NCBI GenBank assembly: GCA_963789395.1
Contig: CAWBKP010000009.1
Location: 1-64,000 of the forward strand
From: an uncultured delta proteobacterium
GTDB taxonomy: Bacteria; Desulfobacterota; Desulfobacteria; Desulfobacterales; Desulfatirhabdiaceae
Reading direction: 5' to 3'
Length of the DNA: 64,000 bases
Part shown: positions 31,303 through 41,414 of the stretch, one piece after another
Position numbering within the stretch: the stretch's first letter is position 1
Layout: each line of letters begins with the position of its first letter
Notes under the pieces: model-generated
What the model saw: only the letters and a program-made list of their open reading frames with translations
What the model was told of the DNA's origin: nothing
Database searches by the model: none
Made by a program: the position numbers and the translations under genes

Positions 31303-33258
31303 TTACATTGTGAAATTCAATCCGATCATGGCACTGATTCCTGGCATGGGATAGCCTGGAAGGTACTCATAATCCGTGTTTGTTAAATTCTCTCCTGCCA
31401 GAAACACTTCCGCTTTCCGTATCAATTCATTGGAGAAAAACGGATAGCTCAGCTTGGCGTTGGCCAGAAAATAGCTATCAACCTGGGTGCTGTTGACCAC
31501 ACCGGTACGTCTGGCCTGGGAATCAACATACATTTCATCCAGGTACTGGCAGTCCAGACTCAGAATGAACGTATTGAATAGCCGGGCATTCATTCCTGCG
31601 CTGGCCGTTATCTTCGGTGCATAGGGCAGATCGGATGGATTCGTATCCAGGTAGGTTAATCCGGTAAACAAAGACAGGTTATCCAGCGGGTAGAGATTCA
31701 GGGTCGCTTCCACCCCCTGGATCTGATATTCCTCGATATTGGCAAAAACTGGCGGAAATGGGGGAGGTACAACAACGACATAGCGGTCCTTACCGTCGTC
31801 ATGGAAATAGGTGATATCGACCACGGCCAGGGTGGAGAAACGCTGCCGGGCACCCACCTCAAAATGATCCATTATTTCCGGCTTCAGATTCTGCCAGCTC
31901 TTGCCCAGGGCAGGGGTGACCTTTTCGGACAGCACCACCACGTCCAGCCCAGGATAGACCACTCCGCGGGCGTAACCAGCATGAAGCTCGGTTGTCTTGT
32001 ACCCCAAGACCACGCCGGCATGGGGCGACCATTCGGAATCAAAATCCGAATTGTCATAATAGCGAACACCCGCAGACGGTGTTAGATAAAAACTGTCTGC
32101 ATTACCGAATTGATGGCTGACGGCCGTGTAGGGAGAAAGAATCGTGAATTCATGTCCGGCCCAGTTGTTCTGAACGCCATTGGTTGAATAATCGTCATAT
32201 TTTCCCTTGGTGACATCCCAGTCAGCGCCGGTGATGATCTCTCCCCCGTTCCAGAAATTAAACGACTCCTTGGCCTTCATGCCGTAAAACGTAAAGTCAT
32301 TGTACTGGTTTTCCAGAACTCCGGTTTTGCTGGTGGGCTGATTCAGCCAATTGCCATTCCCGTTGTTCTGATACAGTTGAAGATAACCCTTTGCCATATC
32401 ATACCGGTTTTCAAGCTTTACAGATGTCAGCCACGACTGGGTTTCATAGCTTCCCAAGCGCTTGGAAGGAGCCGCCCCCTCCTTGCCCGGATCATCTGCG
32501 TAATTGTCGTTTGCAAGTGTAAATAAGGACGTGCTCCAGTTGTCTGTCACGCGGTATCCGATCCGGCCGTAAATGTCTTTGAGTGAACCATCGGCATTAT
32601 CCCGATGGCCCTGGGACGATCGAATTCCGCCGCCAACGTAATAATCCAGATCTCCTTGTTTTCCGCCGTGCTCGGCTGTTTCAATGAAGGTTCCGAAACT
32701 GCCGCCTGCCACTTGCAACTTAGACACGTATCCTTCGGTATCCTTTTGCCGGGGAACGATATTGACCACGGAAAACGCATTGCCAAAAATATTGGGTTGG
32801 GGACTTTTATAAATTTCAATGGTATGGGCCGGATCAATGCTCATCATATCCAGAAGCGGATGATTCCAGACGCTCATGTACATGGGAATGTTGTCCATCA
32901 GCGTTTTGATTTCAGCCCCAGGCCGACTGCTGCCCATGCCCCGGATGAATAGCGCGCCGCCTGTGGCTCCTCCGAATGACCCGACAGTATTGTATCGCGT
33001 AATGTTGACCCCGGGCGCCATCCTCAGAGCCGATGCAATGTCCTGGGCATTCAGATCGCTGATCTGCTCTTCGGTGACAACCGTTTTTTCTCCAGCATAC
33101 CGGTCCACGACATTGCCATCGATGATGGGTGATGCAACCACGAGTATTTCCGGCAGTTGGTTCCGAGGCAATTGATCCTCCTGGGAAAAACCAGCTGAGG
33201 TCAGACACATGACAAAAAAGATGGCGACTAATCCACAGTTATGGACGATGTTGTGCAT
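31303..33258 (-). CDS. TonB-dependent outer-membrane receptor (metal/metallophore)
   Basis: Signal peptide, plug motif LRMAPGV...IRG, ENLTNTDY...PG C-terminal motif. Confidence 0.9.
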   Translation of the reverse strand: MHNIVHNCGLVAIFFVMCLTSAGFSQEDQLPRNQLPEILVVASPIIDGNVVDRYAGEKTVVTEEQISDLNAQDIASALRMAPGVNITRYNTVGSFGGATGGALFIRGMGSSRPGAEIKTLMDNIPMYMSVWNHPLLDMMSIDPAHTIEIYKSPQPNIFGNAFSVVNIVPRQKDTEGYVSKLQVAGGSFGTFIETAEHGGKQGDLDYYVGGGIRSSQGHRDNADGSLKDIYGRIGYRVTDNWSTSLFTLANDNYADDPGKEGAAPSKRLGSYETQSWLTSVKLENRYDMAKGYLQLYQNNGNGNWLNQPTSKTGVLENQYNDFTFYGMKAKESFNFWNGGEIITGADWDVTKGKYDDYSTNGVQNNWAGHEFTILSPYTAVSHQFGNADSFYLTPSAGVRYYDNSDFDSEWSPHAGVVLGYKTTELHAGYARGVVYPGLDVVVLSEKVTPALGKSWQNLKPEIMDHFEVGARQRFSTLAVVDITYFHDDGKDRYVVVVPPPFPPVFANIEEYQIQGVEATLNLYPLDNLSLFTGLTYLDTNPSDLPYAPKITASAGMNARLFNTFILSLDCQYLDEMYVDSQARRTGVVNSTQVDSYFLANAKLSYPFFSNELIRKAEVFLAGENLTNTDYEYLPGYPMPGISAMIGLNFTM

Positions 33259-33339
33259 TCCTCCTCCTTGATAATTTTCTGTCATTTTCAATGGGATCAA
33301 CGCTGAAAAAACTGCTTTTCAGTCTTCAGCTTAAAGCTT

Positions 33340-34449
33340 TCAGCCCCCAGGCTTGGAATTTATAAAAGGCGCCGTTTGTCCGATGGCGCCGAATGCCTGT
33401 TTCATCTGTTCATAGACCGGTCTGCCCACGAAAAATGTATAGATTTCATCGGCTTTCTTTTCCAGGTCGATATCTTTGAAGCGGTCCGGATACAGGATTT
33501 TCCCGACGGCCCAGGCATCGGTAAGGGCCGTATCGATGTTGGTGGTATAAAAATTGAACGGATGCAGAATCACCACCCGGCGGGTTTGAAACGCTTTCAG
33601 CGCGTTATAGAATTCCGGCTTCTTATCGGTAATCCTCGGAGACCAGCATCAAGCCGCCGGCATCGATGAAAATAACATCCGGATTCACGGACAGGAGCGC
33701 TTCCCGATCCATGAACACATGACTTCCTTCGGATGCGGCGAATGGCTTGGCCACATTGCGCGCGCCGGCCCATTCCAGCGGAATAAAGTTCTTTTCGCTG
33801 CTTTCAATCCCATGGCTGCCCCGCATGCCCATCCCCCCGATATATGCGGCAGGCTTTTGTGCTTCGGGAATGCCTTTTACCCGATCCGACAGATCCGTCT
33901 GCAGCGCGGCGATATAATCAGGACACGGCCTCGGCCCGCTTTTCGCGATTCAAAATCCGGCCGGCTATTCGCAGGGAGTCATGGAAAACCATGTCAAAGG
34001 TTGCGAATTCGCCATAGGAGAGCACCACCACCGGGATACGCATCAGCTTCTGAACATCATCCGCCAGCGCCTTATCCATATAGGTAATGAAGATGACGTC
34101 CGGTCTTGCCATCAGGACCGCCTCCATATCCGGTTTCTTGTTGATGGCGGCCGGGTCCGCCCGGACCGATGCGGGGCAATTTCGCCAGCTCCGGGTGCGC
34201 CAGCCAGTAAGGGCGGCCTCCGGGGTTTGCCTTCTCCATCTCCTCGACCCCGACGACCCGGTTCTGGGCTTCCAGATACACGATCAGGCGGAGCGCGCCG
34301 GGGCCGATGCAGACGATTCGCTGCGGATCTGCCGGTACATCCACCCGTCGCCCGGCCGTATCGAGGATCGATCGGGTTTGCGCAACTGCCGGAATCGCGG
34401 AAACAAGCATCAGCATCAGGCATACACACCATTTCCCGAATGTTTTCAT
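33340..34449 (-). CDS. Periplasmic substrate-binding protein (FecB/BtuF class), multiply frameshifted
   Basis: [10 protein letters not shown]...[49 protein letters not shown] across four ORFs. Confidence 0.8.
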
Positions 34450-34465
34450 GAGAATCTCCTTAACC

Positions 34466-35218
34466 TCATTTCGGCGCCACCAGCATATGATCGCCCACAT
34501 TCACCAGCGTGACATCTACGCCGTAAACTTCCCGAATGGTGTTTGCGGTCAGTTCCTCCCTGGCTTGCAGGGCATGAACGCGATGGTCCTTGATAAACAG
34601 AAACGCATCCGCAAAGCGGACGGCCAGATTCAGATCGTGAATGGAAACCACGGCGGACAGTTCCTGTTCCCGCACAACGCGACGAATCATTCCCATGACT
34701 TCCAGTTGGTTCTTGATGTCCAGGTTGCTGGTCGGCTCATCCAGAAGCAGCACGCGGGGGGACTGGGCCAGCGCGCGGGCGATCATGACCTGCTGCACCT
34801 CTCCGCCGCTCAGATCGCATACCGGCCGCTGGGAGAGATGCGCCAGTTCCATTTGCCTAGAAGGGTTTCGACCACCGCGTAGTCCGCCGGTCCGACGGTC
34901 CAGCCCATGTGCGGTCTTCTGCCCAGAAGAACGGCTTCGTAAACGGTCAGGCGGGTGTCTGAGTGCCGCTGAGGGAACATACCCCATCCGTTTGGCGACA
35001 TCCCGCTGGGCCATTTGCAGCACGTCTGCTTTTTCCAGCAGGACAGTGCCCTGCTGCGGCCGCAGAATTCGGTTGAGGCATTTCAGCAGCGTGGATTTGC
35101 CGGCGCCGTTTACCCCCAGGACCCCGAGAACCTGGCCCTGTTTCAGGGAAAAATCGATGCCCGACAGCGCGGGATGGCTGTTATAAGAAAAATGGATTCC
35201 GGAAACCGTCAGCATCAT
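34466..35218 (-). CDS. ABC transporter ATPase (FecE/BtuD class), two compensating indels
   Basis: GVNGAGKST, LSGGE, LLLDEPT, HDLN; the correct mid-section is in alternative frame 34810..35001. Confidence 0.88.
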   Translation of the reverse strand: MMLTVSGIHFSYNSHPALSGIDFSLKQGQVLGVLGVNGAGKSTLLKCLNRILRPQQGTVLLEKADVLQMAQRDVAKRMGYVPSAALRHPPDRLRSRSSGQKTAHGLDRRTGGLRGGRNPSRQMELAHLSQRPVCDLSGGEVQQVMIARALAQSPRVLLLDEPTSNLDIKNQLEVMGMIRRVVREQELSAVVSIHDLNLAVRFADAFLFIKDHRVHALQAREELTANTIREVYGVDVTLVNVGDHMLVAPK

Positions 35219-36239
35219 CGATATCCTCGAACGAGCAGGTATAAAAACATGGGCGCCCCTAAAAACGAGGTGATGACGCCGACCGGCAGCGCGCCCGATC
35301 CGACCAGGACCCGGCCGATCGTATCGGCCGAAAGAAGCAGCAGGGCGCCCAGAACGGCGGAAAATGGAATCAGCAGGCAATGGTCCGCGCCCACCAGGCG
35401 GCGGGCCATGTGGGGAGCGATCAGCCCCACAAAAGCGATCACCCCGTGAAACGCCGTGGCAAGGGCAGCGATGAGCGCCGCCGCCACCATGCCCTGAAGG
35501 CGCAGCCGCTCGACATTCACGCCCAGACCCCGTGCGGCCTCTTCGCCCGAATCCAGGGCGTTCAGATCCCAGCGCTGAATCATGAAGAATACCGACAACA
35601 TGCCGACGATCAGGGTCAAGCAGGCCGATTTCCCGCCAACCGGAACGGGCTACATCCCCGAATGTCCAGAAAACAACGGCCGCAAGCTGGATGTCCGTGG
35701 CCATATACTGAATGAGAATGGTGGCCGATCCGAACAAGAGCGGAAAGAGCGACACCGGACAGAATGATGGCTTCGGGCGAGAGGCGTTTGAGCCGGGCCA
35801 GAATCAGGATGATCATCGTGGCGGCCATGGCGCCGACAAAGGCAAAAAGGGTCACCGAAACAATGCCGGCTCCCAGAAAAACGATGGCCGCTGCCGCACC
35901 GAAAGCCGCTCCCTGGCTGATGCCAAGGGTGGAGGGAGACCCGAGCGGATTTCTGAGAAGGGACTGAATGCTCAGACCTGAAAGGGAAAGGCCCCAGCCC
36001 ACGACAAGACTTGCGATGATTCGGGGCAGACGGATGTTCCAGATCACAACGGCTGCGCCTTCCCCGGCGTTTCCAAGCAGTGCCCAGATGGCCTGCATGG
36101 GCGAAAGGCCATAGGCGCCCTGGGTGACGGCATAAATGGCCAGGATCAGGGTCAGGCCGAAGATGGTGGTAAGCGCCATCGTTCGACGGCGAATCTGCCT
36201 CCGGTATGACAGGGTAATGTTGTTTAAAACGTTTTCCAT
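35215..36239 (-). CDS. FecCD/BtuC-family ABC permease, frameshifted
   Basis: IRLPR, QSLLRNPLGSP, GEEAARGLGV, GVIAFVGLIAPH, PVGVITSFLGAP. Confidence 0.88.
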
Positions 36240-36306
36240 GAGCTGACCTCTTTCACTTTCTTTGAAATAGGGGGCGTTATCGGGATTTTCCTTTTCCGTA
36301 TTCACC

Positions 36307-36367
36307 AAAAAAAAAGCCACGATGGGTACCCTTCCCAATTGGGAAGAGAACGCCTTCGTGGCTTTAT
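36307..36367 (-). terminator. Leader terminator/attenuator upstream of the permease
   Basis: AAAGCCACGA...TCGTGGCTTT stem plus T9, between a TTGACC-N17-TATGAA promoter-like site (near 36520) and the ATG at 36239. Confidence 0.75.
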
Positions 36368-36631
36368 TGAATGATCCGGTGATTGGTATTCCGAAAAAAA
36401 GTCGGGACCTGGTTCACCGAATAAATATCTGAGTTACTTCAGACCGCAAGAAAATCAGCGGTCAAACGGCTACTGCCGCTTTATTATGTTTGTTTCATAC
36501 TCAGATCGGACAGAAAGGTCAAGCATATTTTTCCCGAAGGCTCCGGCTGCTTTCGCCTTCGGGTATTTTTTCCGGCAGTTATCTCTTGGCCTGGATTTTC
36601 TGACCATTTGGGTCTACTATTTTGTTATATG

Positions 36632-36829
36632 TCAATCGATTTTCTCAAACAGGATTTTGTGATCAACCAGGTTCATCAGGCTGATTCTGCCCCTGATTAC
36701 TTTCTGTTCCCCGAAAATACTGACCAGCCTGTACCACCTTTGACCTTCTTCGGGTTCTATGACATCAGCGGATGCCATCACAAGTTCTTCCCGTTCGTCT
36801 TTTACAATATACGCATTGGCTTCACACAT
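36632..36829 (-). CDS. cooT: CooT-family nickel-binding protein
   Basis: MCEANAY start (Cys2), IFGEQK, NLVDHKI; 65 aa. Confidence 0.85.
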   Translation of the reverse strand: MCEANAYIVKDEREELVMASADVIEPEEGQRWYRLVSIFGEQKVIRGRISLMNLVDHKILFEKID

Positions 36830-37277
36830 GGCTCAAAACCTCCCGTAGTTCATCTTCCACAAGAAATTTGATCATATGGGGCAGTGGTTCTTTAACTACA
36901 CCGGCAATAACGACCTGTTCCCGATTGAGCGGCAGCAGAATCTTCAATGCTGGGGCCGACATCACCGCTTGCGCTGACCGGGACGTAACCTCGCCCATCA
37001 TGGCATTTGCCCATGTAATGGCAATCGGTCCTATAATTACGTCGGCTTCGGCAACTGTCCGGACAATGGCATTTTCTCCCGAAGCACCCCGATTTGCTCC
37101 GGCTTTCATCATCTGAGACGTGGCAATGGCATTGGTTCCCACTGCCGCTATCTCAACAAATTCCCTGTAAATCTCTCTGAGATGTTTGATAAGAGAGACA
37201 CCGATCCCGCCTCCCTGCCCGTCTATCACGCAAATCCGCTTACGCAAATCGGATCTCCCATTTAACGCTATGAACAA
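36822..37277 (-). CDS. DUF3842-family protein
   Basis: ICVIDGQGGGIG, GTNAIAT..MMKAGANRGASGENAI, ANAMMGEVT. Confidence 0.8.
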   Translation of the reverse strand: MFIALNGRSDLRKRICVIDGQGGGIGVSLIKHLREIYREFVEIAAVGTNAIATSQMMKAGANRGASGENAIVRTVAEADVIIGPIAITWANAMMGEVTSRSAQAVMSAPALKILLPLNREQVVIAGVVKEPLPHMIKFLVEDELREVLSHV

Positions 37278-37348
37278 TCTCGCAGGCAGGGGGGGCGGAA
37301 TACCGCTTCCATGCTCTGACAGACCCGTCCGGCTTCCGCCTTACACCA

Positions 37349-37590
37349 TCAGTGCTTGTGCTGATGCGCTTCAGCGCCATGGTCCGAATGGTCATGGTCG
37401 TGCGGGCCATGGTTGTCTTTATGCTCATGACCGCCCGCGGCATCATCGTGGAATGGGCATGCCCATGTTCATGGCTGTGGGTATGATCGTGTTCATGGCT
37501 GTGCTTATCTGTGTCATGTTCATGAACGTGTTCATGGGCATGCGTATGCTCATGCGAGTGAAGGTGTTTGTGGTCTTTGCTTTCTGTCAT
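37349..37590 (-). CDS. 80-aa His-rich metal-binding peptide (one base missing near 37450)
   Basis: Restoring one C gives a continuous HxHxH sequence with 30 His ending AHQHKH-stop; SD AAGGA upstream. Confidence 0.75.
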
Positions 37591-37615
37591 GGTATCCTTC
37601 CTTTCGATTAGATAA

Positions 37616-38041
37616 TCAGTTTGTTGCAGCCTGATTTCGGCCAGAGCTTTTTTCCGTCAGCACATTGAAATGACGGGACCCGGAATTGCGGACCCCATCG
37701 ATGACCCGGACCAGCAGCCCCACGGAAACGTCCTGATCGGCCCGGATATTGACCGGCGTATCCGGCGACCATTCCGGCTGCTGCCGGATCACGGCAGGAA
37801 TCGCTTCGATTTCAATGGCCTGGTCCTGAATAAAGACAAGTCCCGCGCGGGAAATGGCCACCATTATCCGGCTGCCGGCCTGAATTTCCGATGTTTCGGA
37901 TTTGGGCAGGCGGATCGTTATGGCCTGATCCATCGCCATGTTAAAGGTCAGCATGAAAAACAGCAGCAGCAGAAACACGACATCGACCAGCGGGGCGATA
38001 TCGATATGGCTGTGCCGTCTTTTTCTGCGTTCAAATTCCAT
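37616..38041 (-). CDS. exbD: ExbD/TolR
   Basis: IDIAPLVDVVFLLLLFFM, IRAD. Confidence 0.92.
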   Translation of the reverse strand: MEFERRKRRHSHIDIAPLVDVVFLLLLFFMLTFNMAMDQAITIRLPKSETSEIQAGSRIMVAISRAGLVFIQDQAIEIEAIPAVIRQQPEWSPDTPVNIRADQDVSVGLLVRVIDGVRNSGSRHFNVLTEKSSGRNQAATN

Positions 38042-38576
38042 GCGTCCTCCGGGCCAATGCATAAGCGGCTGTTTCTTTGATGATCAGGGCGATTTCATCC
38101 AGCCGCTCTTCCAGAAAGTGACAGACCACATGCGTGGGAATGGCCACAAACAGGCCTGCGGCCGTGGTGATGAGCGCCTCCCAGATGCCGCCGGCCAGCA
38201 TTCCCGGATTGACCTGGGTCTGGCTGACGGCAATGATCTGAAACGCCTTGATCATCCCGGTCACGGTTCCGGTCAGTCCCAGAAGCGGGGAAATGACGGC
38301 GATCAACGATAGAAACCCCAGTCCTTTTTCCATTTCGCGGATCTGCCGGGTGCCGATGATCCCGATTTCTTTTTCATTTCTGCCGTCGTCGATGGCCTGC
38401 AGGACCGGAACCAGATATTCCGGTTTTTTCGTCAGAATCGTTTCGATTTCGCACGAGAGTTCCTTTAACACACCCTGAAACTGCAGACTTTTTTTCAGCG
38501 CGATGGTCAGCGCCAGAACCGAACACAGCAAAATGGGCCACATGAGCGCCCCGCCCTTGAGAAACATATCCAGCAT
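38031..38576 (-). CDS. exbB: ExbB/TolQ proton channel
   Basis: SPLLGLTGTVTGMI, GIWEALITTAAGL. Confidence 0.92.
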   Translation of the reverse strand: MLDMFLKGGALMWPILLCSVLALTIALKKSLQFQGVLKELSCEIETILTKKPEYLVPVLQAIDDGRNEKEIGIIGTRQIREMEKGLGFLSLIAVISPLLGLTGTVTGMIKAFQIIAVSQTQVNPGMLAGGIWEALITTAAGLFVAIPTHVVCHFLEERLDEIALIIKETAAYALARRTHGI

Positions 38577-38595
38577 GATGGATTGACTCCTTTTG

Positions 38596-39344
38596 TTATT
38601 CGCTTGAAAGTTGAAACCGGATTTTCAGAAGCGCCAGACAACTGACCGGCCGGCCGTTCCGGACCGCCGGGGCAAAGGTGGAACGCTTTACCGCCTGAAC
38701 CGCTTCTTCATCAAATCCGTTCCCCGCACCGTTGACCACCTCAACCCGGTCAGTTTTCCCGAAGCATCGATGGCCAGCCGAAGCAGGACCGATCCCTCCA
38801 CGCCGAGACGCTGCGCCATCCGGGGATACTTGGGAACGGATCTCTGAATGAATTGCGGGCCTCCCATGGCGCCGACTGAGGACTCGACGGCATGGTCCAT
38901 GACCCCCGGCATTTCTTCCTCCGGAATGGGTGGCTGAATCGTCGGATGGCGATGATCCGGCAGATACACTTTCCGTAGCCGGAGATGCCGCCTGGGATTC
39001 ATCCGCCATTTCCAGTGGTTTGTTTGAAAGCTTATCGGAATCCGGCGGGCTTTGGGATCGGGTGCGGCCAGGACCGGTTTTGGAACGGGTACTGGTTTTT
39101 TCCGGGGAGCTGGGGGCTCCCGTTTTGCCTGTTTGGACGGCGGATCAGCGTTCTGGCGGTTGGGCCGATTTGGAGCGGCAACCGGTTCGGGTATTTTTTC
39201 CACCGGGAAGTCCATTGGAGGAGGCTCCAGAACCAGCAACTGAATTTCTTCCGTGTGGAGATCCGGCTGTGTTCGACATGATCGGAAGCCAAATATCACC
39301 CCGTGAACCGCAACGGATAACAGTACACACTGCCAGGTTTTCAC
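38596..39344 (-). CDS. tonB: TonB energy transducer, frameshifted
   Basis: N-terminal SVAVHG anchor, Pro/Lys-rich spacer, PKYPRMAQRLGVEGSV, FDEEAVQAV...FAPA. Confidence 0.85.
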
Positions 39345-39461
39345 CGCAAAAATGTTCCTTGTGCCGTAAAAATGCCGTACATCAAGATAATCAGCAGAAC
39401 CAGCATGACACCCGCCACAGGATCGGGAAAAACGTCATTGGTGTGCTTTATAACGGCTATC

Positions 39462-39529
39462 AAAACAAAAAGGCCACGGAATATCCATTTCCCGCATTCA
39501 TGCGGTACTAAGGCATTCGTGGCCTTTAT
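39462..39529 (-). terminator. Leader terminator/attenuator upstream of tonB
   Basis: AAAGGCCACG...CGTGGCCTTTTT stem plus T-tract, downstream of a TTGACA promoter-like site near 39675. Confidence 0.75.
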
Positions 39530-40685
39530 GATTTTTTTGTTTAAGGAATTATATGCTGTTATCCGACTGCTGAAACTCACAGTTCGGACAATTCATACCA
39601 AGTATAATGCACCTTCCTGGCGCAGATTGATATTCCTGTTTTCATTATTTTATACCCGTTGGAAAGACGGGCTGTCAAGGAGATTTTTTGCATAGAATAG
39701 TGAACATCGTAATCTCATCGCTTTTAATGGACGTCACCTTACCCGTTAATTGATTTCTGGCTCCTGGTTTCATGACAGTCATCTCTGAATGCATGGATTA
39801 TTGAACCCAATATAGCCAAAATTGCCGATCGCAAGCCGGACGGAAGCTTGTATGGTGCTGGTATTTAATGAAATAAATCAGCGTTATAAATCTGTCAAAT
39901 TCAATTGCTGCGGCCATATTCAGACACCTGAGTCCAGGATTCTGCAGCGCTGATGACTGATGTGGTAGGGATTTTATGGGCACTTTCTAAAGAGTGGCTT
40001 TATAATCCGTATGGAGGTGTCCAATGAGAAAGGCATCACTTATGCTTTTGTTATCGTTTGAACCTGGCTCTGGTTCAACGTTTAGAGGGGATGCGACAGT
40101 ATAGGCACTCCCGGGTAAGGTTTAGTCAACCGCCCGGTAGTGTATCTGTCTCGATAAAGGGAGGTTTACGAGTCAAGCGAGGTGAAGAGTATATGCTCTG
40201 AATCTGACACATAGCCCCGAGAAATTCAAATTTATTGGAAAGTGCCGATCCCTTGATAACAGGCGCGGGCAAAACAGGTTCCTCGCTGTTTTTGTGTGGC
40301 AAATCCATATGAAGAACCCAACTCATGCTTATTTTATCCTATTCGCAACATTTGACGACCTTGAACACTTAACAATACTATCACATTCAAAAGTCGATCG
40401 CCTTCATTTTCGAAAAACACATCTGGTGTTATAGTTCCTGAATTTTTCTGCTGAAGTTACTGTATGCTTTTGGAATCAGATATCCATCAAAATGATAACC
40501 AAAAGCTGAAAGCCCGTGTTTACTGGGTTTATCCCAAATCGGCCTATATGAACAATCTATGGGGGTATGGGTGAATTTATGGGTGCAAGCCAATTCAAAA
40601 GGTTATATTCGGTCCAAATAAAACAATTGGCAAAACAGATGTACACTGTAATATAAGTATGTTATGTTGCAGTATTTCGTTTTTA

Positions 40686-40760
40686 AATCCGCAGGCAGGG
40701 GGTTCGAATCCCTCCGATCGTACCATCATATCAATGGGTTATCTTAACTGACAACCTATT
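40686..40760 (+). other. Second, degenerate tRNA 3'-end copy plus terminator remnant (putative att site)
   Basis: AATCCGCAGG..GGGGGTTCGAATCCCTCCG..CGTACCA-TCATATCAATGGGTTAT aligns with 5863-5920. Confidence 0.7.
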
Positions 40761-40935
40761 TGTTATTCGTCACTGTCTGGATCGTGCCTTGCAGAAATAA
40801 CAAGTTATCCTGTTGTTTCAGGTCAGTGCCGCTGACGATATTGTCCCAGGAAAAAACGACCTTTTTCAATGTTGATCCGATAGCATCATGGCAACTCATT
40901 CTGGAATCCCAGACCTGAACATTGTTGCGAATTCA

Positions 40936-40951
40936 TGGCAGCATTTTTGCA
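40936..40951 (+). promoter_or_regulatory. Possible sigma-54 -24/-12 element
   Basis: TGGCAGCATTTTTGCA has GG-N10-GC spacing, about 470 bp upstream of the peptidase gene. Confidence 0.35.
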
Positions 40952-41414
40952 TAAATTTAAAATACCCGAATCAAGGTGAATAGCAATTTAACAATCCAAA
41001 CCGGTATGCCCGGTACAAAATTTCAAAATGTATTTCATAATATGAGTCCTTGAGGGCAAAGTTAAATAAGCGTATTTTTCTTCGAGCCCCGGTTTTACAT
41101 GACAATTTTATTTTAAATCTGTTTCGAATCTCGGACTATTCTGACAAAAATCGTCAAAAGGACGTCAATAAATTGAAATTTTGTCCGAGAATTTTTGCGT
41201 GATTTGTTTAATTTCTTGTGAGGGGAAACCCCCAATGAAATTTTTCTGCACCGGCCTTTGGGGTCCGGATCCTATGACTCCTATTTGGGGGGGTTACAGA
41301 TAACCACTGAAGGTGAAAGGCCAGACAGGTATCATTTTGGTGAAACTGTATCCAGATATGCCCATTCAGCGGCTGAGTTTCTTATATTCATTTCGTCAAA
41401 AAAAGGGAGTAACA

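Noticed and set aside
36370..36530. Cobalamin/NiCo riboswitch or NikR operator for the ABC genes
   Set aside because: No B12 box or NiCo core; GTATGA half-sites here and near 39595 lack a correctly spaced TCATAC partner
40120..40330. IscB omega/HEARO-like RNA start (GTCAACCGCCC)
   Set aside because: Short match with no downstream nuclease ORF or supporting structure
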